Source of the DNA: Narcine bancroftii
Taxonomy: Eukaryota
Assembly: GCF_036971445.1 (NCBI RefSeq)
Contig: NC_091471.1
Location: 342,488,001-342,552,000, forward strand
DNA: 64,000 nt
Direction: 5' to 3'
A program made the position numbers and the translations under genes. Below the pieces are notes generated by a model, which saw nothing but the letters and a program-made list of their open reading frames with translations, did not search any database and was not told where the DNA came from. Shown here in pieces: positions 12,861 to 24,329 of this stretch (its first letter is position 1; every line of letters starts with the position of its first letter).

Positions 12861-13499
12861 CAGGAGTAGGCCACTTGGCCCATCAAGCCTGCAAAGTTTG
12901 CAGCTTCTCATGAGCACTTCGACACTCATTATCTCAGATGGAATACAGTATAAAGTATCCTTACTTGAAAGAGGTGACAATCAGTGGTGGAAATGCAAGT
13001 CAGCACAGGTAAATTTGGTTATGAGGGAAACACTGATGGCTTTTCCCCTCCATTTCCATTTCAGGATTATTGAACAGTTTTAACAAATTATGCACACTTG
13101 CCTTTTCAATTGATTTAACTTAGCTCAGTGTCAATTCCCTACAAGATTGGATTCTCATTTGTTATGATTGAATAAACAACTAGCCTCACACCAATATTGT
13201 TTGAAGTTTGTGATTTGTATTACAATACCTTATGGATTTGATTATGTGGGTGTTTATCCAAAGTGTATTTTTTGTCACAGTAATGTTGAAGAACTGTTCC
13301 ATGACATGCAAGTTAATGAATATTGATGAGACGAAGTGAGCTTCTTAAAATGCATATGCTTGGAGATTTTGGGAACTGGCTTGTGGGATTCTGCATAAAT
13401 GAAGTGTAATTTTATAGCTGTTTATTAAAAATTACAAGTTGGTAACACTCTCACCTGTGTTTCAGGAGTCCTAATCCAAAGATTTAGGCTCTGGAGTCT

Positions 13500-14165
13500 G
13501 GAGTCATAGTTTTACAGCGCAGAAACAAGTCCTTAAACTCAAAATGTCCAGGCCAACCAAACTAGTCCCATTTGCTTGCATTTGGCCTCTATCCCTCTAA
13601 ACCTTTCATAGCCACGTGGCTGTCTAAATGTCATGAACATGTTATTCAATTTTAATTTAGTGATACAGAATGATAACGGGCCCTTCCGGCCCTCGGGCCT
13701 GTGCCACCCAAATGCACCCACATGACTAATCAAACTACATGTCTTTGGAATGTGGGAATAAATCAGAGCCCTCAGTGGAAACCCACATTTACACAGGGAG
13801 AATGTACAAACTCCTTACAGTGATGGATTCAAACTCAGATTGCAGGCAATGTAATAGCTTTACACTAACTGCTAGGCTAACCGTGCTGCCCCTGTACAAT
13901 TGTCCTCACCTCTACCACTTACTCTGGCTGCTCAATCCACATACACACCATCTACTCCTTATAAAATGTGCCTCCAGGTCCTTTGAAACCTTTTCCTTCT
14001 CACCTTAACTCTCGGCCCTCCCGTTTTACATTTACCAACCCTGAGAAAAAGTACTTTGTCCTCCCTCAATCTCCTGTGATCTGGGAAGAAAGGTACCAGC
14101 CTGTCCACCCTCTCTTTATAGTTCAAGATTGTTAGTCTCAATAACATTATTTTCCGCTTCCTTTC
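13500..14165 (-). mobile_element. CR1 3' remnant split by a V-SINE
   Basis: Minus ORF LNYKERVDRL...RRLRED; CR1 3'UTR at 13500-13640. Confidence 0.65.
13648..13892 (-). mobile_element. tRNA-derived V-SINE
   Basis: GGAGAATGTACAAACTCCTTACAG is the reverse complement of the V-domain; head GGGGCAGCACGG. Confidence 0.8.
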
Positions 14166-14444
14166 CAGCTTGTTTGATATGTCTGTACACTTTCATTCTA
14201 ATTGGGTGACTTTCCATGTCACAGCTGCCATTTTACAGATGACATATCTTCCCTCTAAGGAGGCAAGATTAATGTCCAAGACAATATTTATTCCTCAGTT
14301 AATATTATATAGCAGGTTATCTGGTTACTTTCATATTTACTGTTTGTGGGAGCTTGCCATGGGCAATTAAGAAGTAAGGGATGGGTGAGGCACTATATGA
14401 ATACAGTATGTACATAACCAGTGCATCCAGGAGTTTGGTTGCTT

Positions 14445-15053
14445 GCTGTTGTGGATGGAGGAAACGTGGCCACCCTGCCTGTCTAGAATGTGTGTATTGT
14501 GGGTGGTCACATGTCCTCCCTGTCTGAAACTTATTCAGAAGTCATATCAATCAAGGTTGGACTCTGGCCACTAATTAGTGCACACCTTGCCATTGGCCAA
14601 TTTAAATCACCGGTCATTATTGGTTCACTGTATATAATGCCAATGCATAGCACATTCTTTTAATCGGCCTCATGGTGCAAGCCCCAGTGATCCCTCCATG
14701 CCATGTGGACATTTCTGGAAATGGCGCAGATAAGGCGGGTACTACACTGAAGCTGATCTATACTATGGCAATAGATCAATATTTGCAGAGAGCCACATCT
14801 CCATTGGTATAGGGAACCAGGTGTGTGTAAGAGTTCTTGTTTGTAGTGTGTGCGTGGGTGTTGAGAATAGGTTCACTATTGTTGGGAGTCCAACATAGGT
14901 CTGAAGTGAATCATTGCTCAAGTGAAATAGTAATTGAGCACCATTTAACGGTCTCCCGTGTTTGTCTCCCATGTGTTAATTAAAGTCACGTGTGACTCTT
15001 TGTTTGCCTTATGGAGTCCAGACTCGTCTCTCCGTGAACCAACCGAACCTGAC
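14445..15053 (+). mobile_element. Possible solo LTR, left boundary uncertain
   Basis: CCAAT-type boxes, TATATAA at 14631, ATTAAA at 14979, ends CCTGACA; no TSD found. Confidence 0.35.
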
Positions 15054-15589
15054 ACTCTTCTCAACTCAACACTTCCACACACGTTCGTGCATATCCAGTG
15101 AATATGGGATGAAGTATAGCCCCACCCCACTCCCTCCCTTCCCCCCTCTACTCCCAAACTGCCAGCTTTTGCTTTCCATGCTTGTAAGTGAATGGTGATC
15201 ATATGATTAATGTTGCACAAGCATAAGCCAGGATGCTCCAGAGAGATGAGCGTGAAGTACGAAACAAAACTAAAATAATGAGAACAGCTATTTCAATATC
15301 GCCACTCCAAAAGTACCATTATACTTTCAACATTCCCAAACAGAAATGCATTTCGAGCACATTTTTTTCTACAAAACTGGCAGCCAGAGTAATGGTCCAT
15401 TGGCACAAAAATTTGTTAAAATTACACCAAAGCTGATACTAAATGAAATGTGAAATTTAATAAAATCTAGTATCTCTAATAGATGTTGTTAAACACATTG
15501 TTGTTAAAAACCGATCTCACTCATTAATGTCCCGTTAGGATAGGAAATCATGATCTCTATGTGACTCCATACAGAGTTTGCAATGATGG

Positions 15590-15800
15590 ACATTTATGGA
15601 CTCTTACTTGGGCATTTGTTGATTTAAACAAAAACTCTCTGTATTGCACTGTTTACAGTTCTTTATTTGTTTACATGTATACACTGTGTACAGTTTTTTT
15701 CCACGACCAATAAGTGATAATTCTGCCTCATCTGCAGGGAAAAAAAATCTCAGGGTTGCATGTAATGTCATGTATGTACTCTGACAGTAAATCTGAAATC
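15590..15800 (+). mobile_element. Rex1-type LINE 3' tail fragment (second copy at ~54080-54235)
   Basis: TTTATTTGYTTACATGTATACAYTG...CCAATA...TACTCTGACARTAAAT shared by both loci. Confidence 0.6.
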
Positions 15801-16164
15801 TTGTTGGCTCTTAGCTACCTCCTCAGTTACGAGTAATTTACAAAGCAGCAGTGAATGCTGGGATTGTGACTGACATCCACGTCTTGTGAATGAATAACCA
15901 ATCGCATACAGACACGGGATGGCATTTGTAAACATGTAGGACTCGCGTGATGCACAGTGACATAGCTAGCAGAGAGTTACCGTCTCCAGTGTTCTGATTT
16001 CAATCCTGACCGCTGGTTGTCCATGTGGAATCTGTGCATTCTTCCGTTGACGGTGCAGCTTTTCCCCATATGCTCTGGGTCTTCCCATATTCCAAAAACA
16101 TGTTCATTGTGAGTTTGATTGATCACAGAAAGCTGAACCTATTGCAGATTCAACAGTTCAAAAG

Positions 16165-17200
16165 GTTCATAGGTTCCTTTTATTATCATGTAAGAATATA
16201 TTAAAAATGTAAGATTTGAGATACACTTCAACTTTTGTCTGCCATAAGGCAAACAAAGAGTCATTATGAGCATTACCTGGCACCCTTTACAATATGGGAA
16301 AGAGATACAAAAGACTCCTTTCAGAGACATTCACTGCTCCTGCTACAACTGCACCTTCACAGACTCCAGTTCAAACCATCAGATCCAACCTCTGATACGA
16401 TCAGGTGACTTTCAGGGCCTGAAACCCTTCAGGAGCTAGTCTTGCCCTCAGCACACTCTTGAATCCCAGTTCTGATTCCTAGTTCCCACGAGCCATTGTC
16501 TAGAAGTTTGCAGCCTGTGTAAGTCCTTCAACAAGTCACCAGCAGCCCGCCGCCTGTGTGAGTCCTTCAACAAGTCACCAGCAGCCCGCCGCCTGTGCGA
16601 GTGCTTCAGCCATCGAGTCCCCTGCTGGTCTGCTGCCAAGGTCACCTTCTCTGGAGGGTCATCGTCCATGCTCCTCCTGTTTAAAATTTAAATTTAGACA
16701 AACAGCACGGCAACAGGCCCTTTCAGCCCACATCCATGCTTCGTAATTTATACCCAATTAACCTACAACCCCCAGTTTTGAGTGGTGGAAAGAAACTGGA
16801 GGACCTGGGGAGACAAACTCCTTACAGACGGCACTTGGTTTGAACCCCAGTCTTGAGCGCTAGTGCTGTAAAGGCGTTGTGCTAACCGCTACGCCAGCCG
16901 TGCTGCTCATTCTCAACGGGGGATGTTCTCCCCGATTCTGGTCCCGTGTGCCGGTCCGCTGTTCCCCAGGTGTCTGCAACCCTCGTGGTCTGCTGCTCAG
17001 CACAGGTGCTGCCAACTTAGACAAAGTCCCTGTGGTTCCAGGATTTTTCTTAACAAAACACCGTTGGCTCCTCTAACAGGCTGCTCACAGCTTATACGGG
17101 GGTGTCAACATCATGATCGGCCAAGAGGACCTCAACTCCCTCGCACTCCCGGGTTGGCATGAGTTGGCACTCCCGGGTTGGCAGCTATGGCAGTGCTACC
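16165..17200 (-). mobile_element. Non-coding retroposon family X, copy 2, with a 39-bp tandem array (16513-16608) and a nested SINE
   Basis: Homology to 4137-4810; unit GCCTGTGTGAGTCCTTCAACAAGTCACCAGCAGCCCGCC x~2.4; 24-bp-period duplication at 17143-17183. Confidence 0.7.
16681..16905 (-). mobile_element. tRNA-derived V-SINE nested in family X
   Basis: Reverse complement GCAGCACGGCTGGCGTAGCGGTTAGC (A box), GGTTCAAACC (B box), CTGTAAGGAGTTTG, and an ATTTAA tail. Confidence 0.85.
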
Positions 17201-18439
17201 TTTTTTTGGTTGGTAGAATTGAGATAAGTTGATGGGAATTTGGGGAGACTGCTGAAGGATTAGTGTAGGATTGAGGCACAGTAGTCAATGTGGAATTGAT
17301 TGACGAAAGGGTCTGTTTCCATACTCTCTGACTCTTAAACCATTATTTCCCATTCTCATTCTAATCTCTCCCAAATAAATATTCTGCAGTCTTACAGGAT
17401 GCTCCTGGGGGAAGAAAAAGGAAAGTTGCTAGATCTGTTTCTATTCAAGTGTGTAATCTGAATCAGAATTTTGACAATCTGATCATTTAAAGTAAAACAG
17501 GTCTTTCTGGGTCAATGAATTCAATCTTGAGCAAATAAATGAAGCTTGCAAATGTGAATGGAACTCACAAAACATCAGTCAATTTAGGGGACTGGCTGGA
17601 CATTGATCTGTTGGCCCTCATATCTTTCAACTGTTGCTTCAACGTCCAGATCCAGAGCTAGGTTGGGTGAAAGGTGCAGAAACCGAGATGTCTATGTTTT
17701 CTTGCAGTTATTCTGTTCACACTGAAGACGTGCGTGAATCGGTGGGTGAACAATCACAGTGGGGAGAAAGCTCCACACCTCAAAGAGACCCGAGGGCATA
17801 TTTCTTCATGTACAACATCCCTTTGCTCCTGGAGAATAGCAGGTTGCTGTTGGGTAGTCTCTCTCTGACAGCAGATTGTACATGGTGACTAAATTGGTCT
17901 GTTACCATGTTGACGAATCCATGGCTCTATGATTCTCAAAGTGTATCTCTCTACTCACTGATCTGTTCACGATTGCCATCATTCTGCTCAACCAGGACAT
18001 CTACCTATTCTTTGGAGCTGTCTCTATATTCCTTGAGAGAATCAAGCATCTCTCATCTGGCAGAGGCCAAGTCTCAAGCCAGATGAAGATAAGATAGCTT
18101 AGAAGAAGAAAGACCTTAAGTGGCTTCCTGTCACCAGCTAGAACCGAAACCCTTTGTCTGTGCGTGATGGGGCTGCTGTTCTGTGTTGCTACCAGAATGG
18201 TCTCCTCTTTCCATGCAACCTCCTGTGAGAGCATGAAAACGATTCCATGTCATCTGCTTCAACAGGCCAGGCACCTGCATCCTCAATTGAACCCCACCAA
18301 TCAGCCTTTTCATAGAGAAAACCAATTATAGCTCTTATGTGAGACCTCTGGAGCAGTGTGGATGAGTGGATGCTCCACTCCCACTACTGGTGTGCATCCT
18401 GTGGCATGCATCTCTTTAATCTGCTGCAACAACTTCATG

Positions 18440-18662
18440 GTATAAACACAATGCTTGAGAAATTCAGCAGGTCAGACAGTCTACTTGATATAGTAAGGAT
18501 AAAGATACATAACCAACGTTTTGGTCTTGAACCCTTCTTCAGGATATGAGCAAAATATAGTCAGGTGCCTGAACAAAATCTATACGGTCTCACCTGCTAA
18601 GTTGCTCCAGCACAGTATTTTTACTTTAAATCATGGTGTCTGCAAACTTTTGTGTTTTACTC
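18440..18662. mobile_element. Penelope-derived inverted terminal-repeat pair with hammerhead motif on the minus strand
   Basis: AAACACAATGCTTGAGAAATTCAGCAGGTCAGAC is inverted relative to GTCTCACCTGCTAAGTTGCTCCAGCAC; reverse complement of 18512-18545 reads CTGAAGAAGGGTTCAAGACCAAAACGTTGGT. Confidence 0.7.
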
Positions 18663-19339
18663 TCAACCTGATCTGGTGTAATGTGTGTTGTGTTCATGGT
18701 CATCACCCTGTCCTTTTCTCCTCTCCCTCTAAAATATCCTCCTGCTCCAGCTTCTCTTGATCTGCTCAGACTTGTAACATTCTGGGGACTTTGGAACAGG
18801 GGCCTCTCCGGATCGCCTTCAAAGATTAAGCAAAGATATTTTGCATTTGTAGGCAACATCCAAAGGACCTAAATGGAGATGCAGTAACATTATTTGCAAT
18901 AAGAATGAATACTGTAATGAAATTAAAGGAGACACCATGATCACAATGGAATATTGTTAGCTTTAGTCTTGGTCTTGAGATGATTCAGGCCTCTGTGGCC
19001 CCTCTGCCCATTGGGACGAGCAGGATCTATTCCACCTGATGTATTCTGCACTGGTATCTCCATCCTATCTCATGCTGAGTTAGCCTGGATGGAAGAGATG
19101 GCACACTTGAGTCACCTTTCCATTATCCTGTTGGACGTTAGACCCGTCTGTCAAGGTACAATGGTGCTGAGGGTGAAGTAGGTGGGAGTTGTGGATGGAG
19201 TAACAGTAGTATGCATGCCTTGATAAGTGTGTCAATGTAAGAAAACAATCTTTGTGGTGGTCTGCTGCTCACTTTGACAGACCTGAAATTTCTTAGAACA
19301 TTCTTCCATGCTGTGAAATGATGACCCCAACTATCTCCT

Positions 19340-19557
19340 TGTGGTGAATGTCTGCCAAGCTGCCTGTCTCCCCTCTGGCAAGCCTTGCTGTACTAACATT
19401 GGCTGTGCAATATCTCTACTGTTAAGGACACTCCCCTTGGGTATAACTGCGTATGCACCTATTGTCTTTCATTATTGTACCATCAGTTTCTGCTAATAAA
19501 AGCCATGATTATTGTTTGACCACATCGTCTTTTTCTACTTCATCAACTGGCACTTCA
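19340..19557 (+). repeat. 5' LTR
   Basis: TGTGGTGAA...CACTTCA; TATAA at 19443; AATAAA at 19495. Confidence 0.97.
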
Positions 19558-19572
19558 ATTTTATTAACAGAA

Positions 19573-20400
19573 ATGGATGCAGTCCTCAAGCCAGAGTGGC
19601 TGATAATCGACCCGTCTGTCCCGAGGGCCAGAGAAATTTTCAACCACTGGATTGCTTGTTTCAATTACTACATGGCACGAAACAACGTGGTTGATGAGGT
19701 GATACAGTGGGGCCACCTGAACTCTCTGCTGGGTGAGGTCCCTTTTGCCGTTACGCAAGGAGCTACCACTCTGGCTATAGCCCGGGAATGTCTGTCTGCT
19801 TACTATGTAGCACCACGGAATGTGGTGCTTGCTTGACGCCAGTTGTTGACTAGATGCCAGAAACCCAGGGAAAGTGATGCTGCCTATGCACTGGCCCTCG
19901 ACTCACTGGCAAACGAACATGATGTCAGGGCAGTCAATGTGCAACAACACCGCGACGCCTTGAATCTGGATTCTTTTGTCAACGGGATTGATTCCAGTTA
20001 CACCCGACAGAGGCTGCTGGAGACGGAGCCCCTAACCTACGACCGGGCAATCACTCTAGCCAAAACACTGAGAAGTGCCATGCGGTCCAGTGAAATGCTA
20101 GAAACCAAAATGGAAACATCCAGGAGTGCTGGAACCCCGAAGGAAAGAAAAGGGCAAACTCCTGAAAAATGCTACTTCTGTGATGAGAGCTGGCACCCCA
20201 GACAGAAGTGCCCAGCTCAATTTGCTACCTGCAGCTATTGTGGGAAACTCGGCCACATCGCTAAAGCGTGTAAGGCGAAAAATAATCCCACTGATAAGAA
20301 GAAGAAGAGAATCACCAAGAAAATGCATTCTGGAGCTGCAGGAATGGAAGACAACTGTGAAAAGGGGAATCTTCAGATGAACAGGCTGAATAGACTTTGA
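19573..20400 (+). pseudogene. Gypsy gag with premature stop at 19834-19836
   Basis: Starts MDAVLKPEWL; two CCHC knuckles, CYFCDESWHPRQKC and CSYCGKLGHIAKAC. Confidence 0.9.
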
Positions 20401-20479
20401 GTGACGGCAAGGTGAGATCCCCTGTGATAGCTCAATTGACTGTAAAGCTTGGGGGATGTTACGGATTGGAGCGGTCGAC

Positions 20480-23251
20480 TATGAAGGGGAAGGTGAATGG
20501 TGAGACTCTTGATTGCCTAATAGACTTGTGGAGTACTGACTGCTACATCCACAAGAGAGTTGCCAGAGCCTTAAATTTGCGGAGATATCCAGCGAACTGA
20601 AAGATATCGATGGCTTGTAGTGAACTTACAAAAACTGTATGGGACAACTGTAAAGTTACTTTAAATTTGCAGGGACATTGCCTGGCTGATGTGTGGCTCT
20701 TTATAATGCCAGAGCTCTGCGCCCCTGTGTTACTGGGGTTAGATATTCAATCTCAGATGAACAGTGTAGTGTTAAATTTCGATGGGCCACTACCCACACT
20801 TAGCACCCCCCGCACTAGTTACTGTGGTCTGTCCGCATTAAAGATCAAAGCTCCTTCCCTTTTCAGTGATTTATCCCGAGTGTCAGCCGATTGCCACGAA
20901 GAGCCGTTCTTACATCAAAGAGGATCGTGAGTTTATCAAAGCAGAGACCCAGAGACTGCTTAAAGAGGGAGCAATTGAAGCTAGTAAGAGTCCGTGGCGG
21001 GCCCAAGTGGTAGTCGTGAAAAATCACACTAAGAGACGACTGGCTATTGACTACAGCCAGACAATCAACTGTTACACGATCCTGGATGCCTACCCCCTGC
21101 CACGCATCAATGAAATGATTAATCAGATAGCGCAATACAAAGTGTACTCCACTATCGACCTCAAAGCAGCTTATCACCAAATCCCCATTAAGAAAAGGTA
21201 ATGGCCCTATACGGCTTTTGAGGCTGATGGGGGGGGTTTATACCAGTTTAAAAGGGTACCTTTTGGGATCACTAATGGTGTGTCCATGTTTCAGAGGGAA
21301 ATGGATAAGATTGTTAGGATGTATGAGTTACAGGGTACATTTCCCTATCTGGATAATGTCACTATCTGTGGGAAAACACAGGCTGAGCACGACAACAACT
21401 GAAAGAAATTTTTAGCAACAGCTAAAGAACTCAACCTTACATTTAACGAGGGCAAATGTGTGTTCAATGCGACAGAGCTACCCATTCTGGGCTACATTGT
21501 CTGCAAGGGTGAAATCCGCCCCGACCCAGAACGAATGGCCCCCCTCAAGAAGTTACAACCCCCAGACTCAGCAAAAGCCCTTAAAAGGTGTATGGGATTC
21601 GTTTCCTACTATTGCAAATGGGTTCTGGACTACGCCACGAAGGCACGCCCTCTGTTTGACACTAAATCTTTTCCTCTCTCTCTCTCTCTCTCCATTGGCC
21701 TTGAAGGCTTTCGAGAGAATTAAAGCTGATTTTGCCAAAGCTGCACTCCTGTCCATTGACGAGGATGACCCATTCCAAGTGGAAAATTATGCCTCAGATT
21801 GTGCCTTGGCACAAAAGGGCAGACCTGTGGCATTCTTCTCCCACACGTTACCTGGACCTGAACTTAAACATCATGCCTTTGAAAAAGAAGCCCAGGCTAT
21901 TATTGAAGCTGTTCGCTACTAGAGACACTTTCTAGCTGGCAGAAAATTTACTCTTGTCACTGATCAGAAATCTGTAGCCTACATGTTCAGTACTAAACAC
22001 AAAAGTAAAATCAAGAACAATAAGATGGCACGCTGGCAAATAGAACTCTCAACTTATAATTATGAGATCCAGTACAGACCGGACAGATTAAATGATCCCT
22101 CTGAAGCATTGTCACGATCTGCTGCTGGTGCTCAGCTGGGGGGGCTAAAAGAGATCCAGGAGTCACGAGGTTCTTCCATTACATAAGGGCTAAGAACCTT
22201 CCTTACTCTCTGGAAGAAGTCAGGAAACTGACTAAAAGCTGTCCTGTTTGTGCAGAATGCAAACCGTAATACTTCAAATCTCCGGAGGCCACTCTCATCA
22301 AGGCAACCTGACCTTTTGAGAGGATTAGCTTAGATTTTAAAGGACCGTTACCTTCCAACAACAAAAATGTATATTTCCTTACAGTAATTGACTAATATTC
22401 CAGGTTTCCCTTTACGATACCCTGCCCTGATGTCTCATCAACATCTGCCATTGAGTCACTTGACAGAAATTTCAGCATTTTTGGTTTTCCCAATTACATT
22501 CATATCGATAGGGGCTCAGCATTCATGACCGCTGAACTGCGGCGAGCCCTGCTACGGAAGGGGATTGCCACCAGCTGTACCATGAGCCTCAACCTGCAGG
22601 GCAATGGGTAGGTCGAAATGGCTAATGCTACAGTCTGGAAGACTGTTAATCTTGCTTTAAAAACACATGGTTACCCTGTTACCCGGTGGCTGGAGATGCT
22701 GCCTGAAGCGCTACATTCTATTCGGTCATTATTGTGTACTGCAACAAATCAAACACCTCATGAATGTATGTTTGCCTTTCCTAGGAAATCAGGAACTATG
22801 ATGGACTGGCCAGCCTGTTTATCTGAGCCTGGAACCGTGCTGCTGAAGAGTCATGCTCGGGCGCATAAAACAGACCCCTTAGTCCAACCAGTTCAGCTAC
22901 TGCATACCAACCCCAACTACGCTCATGTTAAATTCCCAGACGTGAGTACTGACACTGTACCCCTAATAGATCTGGCCTCGCCTGGTTCGCCCCTTCCTTA
23001 CACCCCTACTCAGAGTGAGCCTGAGAGATTGGGCTCACTCCCCCCAGCCTGTGACCCATAGTAAGCTTTCAGATGGCCATTCTGAGGCTCCACTGCCTCA
23101 CGCTGGCGATTCTGGAGCCGGTCCAGAAGTCAGTCCTTCCCACACTACACACCCAGGACCTGTACCAGTTCTCAAGTTTGCAAAGGAGCCACCTGTTTTG
23201 AGAAGAAGTACCAGAATTTGTAAACAACCTGATAGGCTGACATATTCATAA
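20480..23251 (+). pseudogene. Gypsy pol (protease, RT, RNase H, integrase) with multiple stops and frameshifts
   Basis: CLIDLWST (PR); SPWRAQVVVV, IDYSQTIN, LDAYPLPRI, STIDLKAAYHQI, PFGITN, YLDNV (RT); RPVAFFS, EKEAQAI, TDQKSV (RH); CPVC, LDFKGPL, DRGSAF (IN); terminal LRRSTR. Confidence 0.92.
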
Positions 23252-23406
23252 ACCATCTCATTATATTTTGATTGCTTGCTAGATACTGGCGTATTTTGGC
23301 TGTTAGAGTATTCTCAATGCCAAACATGGTATCCATGTATCGCTTGCTTCAGTCTTTCCTAGGAGCTGTCCTTTTGATTTTAACCCTTCTTCTGCCGGGG
23401 GGAGAC

Positions 23407-23623
23407 TGTGGTGAATGTCTGCCAAGCTGCCTGTCTCCACTCTGGCGAGCCTTGCTGTACTAACATTGGCTGTGCATTATCTCTATGTTAAGGACACCCC
23501 CCTTGGGTATAACTGTGTATGCACCTATTGTCTTTCATTATTGTACCATGAGTTTCTGCTAATAAAAGCCATGATTATTGTTTGACCACATCGTCTTTGT
23601 CTACTTCATCAACTGGCACTTCA
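23407..23623 (+). repeat. 3' LTR
   Basis: Direct repeat of 19340-19557, preceded by the polypurine tract GGGGGGAGA. Confidence 0.97.
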
Positions 23624-24205
23624 CTCCTACCAGGGTAGTTGACCACTGGCACTCAGGAGCCTCCAATTTTCTCCCCTCCCCATCGTGCAGAGGCTCACTC
23701 ATCTGTCTATTCTTAATTTACTTGTAATTCTTTGTCTCCTTCCGTAAATTGAAGGGCTCCATTTCCTGCATTGTGTGCGCTGCTGTTGGGTGTGTACTTT
23801 CAAGTGGCAATACCCTTCAGTAATTACTGAGCAGGCTGTGTTGACTAATACATTCAAATGAGCAAAATTTTATTAAAAATCTAGTAAATGTGTCTGGCCA
23901 CATCAAACCAAGCTGTGAAGGATCGCTGACAGGACACATTTTCTCTGTTGCTCTTCTCACAGATGTCGCCTGATCTGTTTAGTATTTCCAGCTATTTTAA
24001 ATTTTTTAGTTTCAATAGAGCCTGTCTCATCAGGGCAAGCTCGACTTTAGCACTCATTGCTGGGTGTGAACCACATGCAATTTCAAACGCTTTTTTTTTG
24101 TGGAGCATCCAATAAGAGCAAAATATCTAAAGGAAGTCTCATTACTGTGCACCCAAAACAGAATGTTTTTTATTTTATTTCAAGTTTCTAGCCTTTGCCA
24201 TGTTT

Positions 24206-24207
<2 letters not shown>

Positions 24208-24245
<38 letters not shown>
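24208..24245. repeat. (TA)n microsatellite
   Basis: Uninterrupted AT dinucleotide run. Confidence 0.95.
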
Positions 24246-24251
<6 letters not shown>

Positions 24252-24329
24252 ATTTCTGTCTTCTGTTTCCATCCATGTCCTTCTACGTAACTTTCCAGGC
24301 AGATCATGCGACTACCAAGTCTCCACCAC

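Larger units (their letters stand above)
15950..17335 (+). mobile_element. Old V-SINE with CR1-like tail, split by family X copy 2 (SINE parts ~15950-16140 and ~17205-17335)
   Basis: Decayed V-domain at 16020-16100; tail GAAAGGGTCTGTTTCCATACTCTCTGACTCT. Confidence 0.5.
19340..23623 (+). mobile_element. Full-length degenerate Ty3/Gypsy LTR retrotransposon
   Basis: LTRs at 19340-19557 and 23407-23623 (TG...CA; 7 substitutions and 1 indel by hand count); TSD CTCCT; PPT at 23397-23405; order gag-PR-RT-RH-IN. Confidence 0.97.

Noticed and set aside
17630-18430. GC-richer stretch with an acceptor-like site at ~17708 and short ORFs
   Set aside because: No recognisable protein or consistent exon; probably a decayed repeat that I cannot classify.
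18960-19339. Possible older retroposon hosting the Gypsy insertion (continuing after 23628)
   Set aside because: Suggestive composition only; no motif or second copy to support a call.
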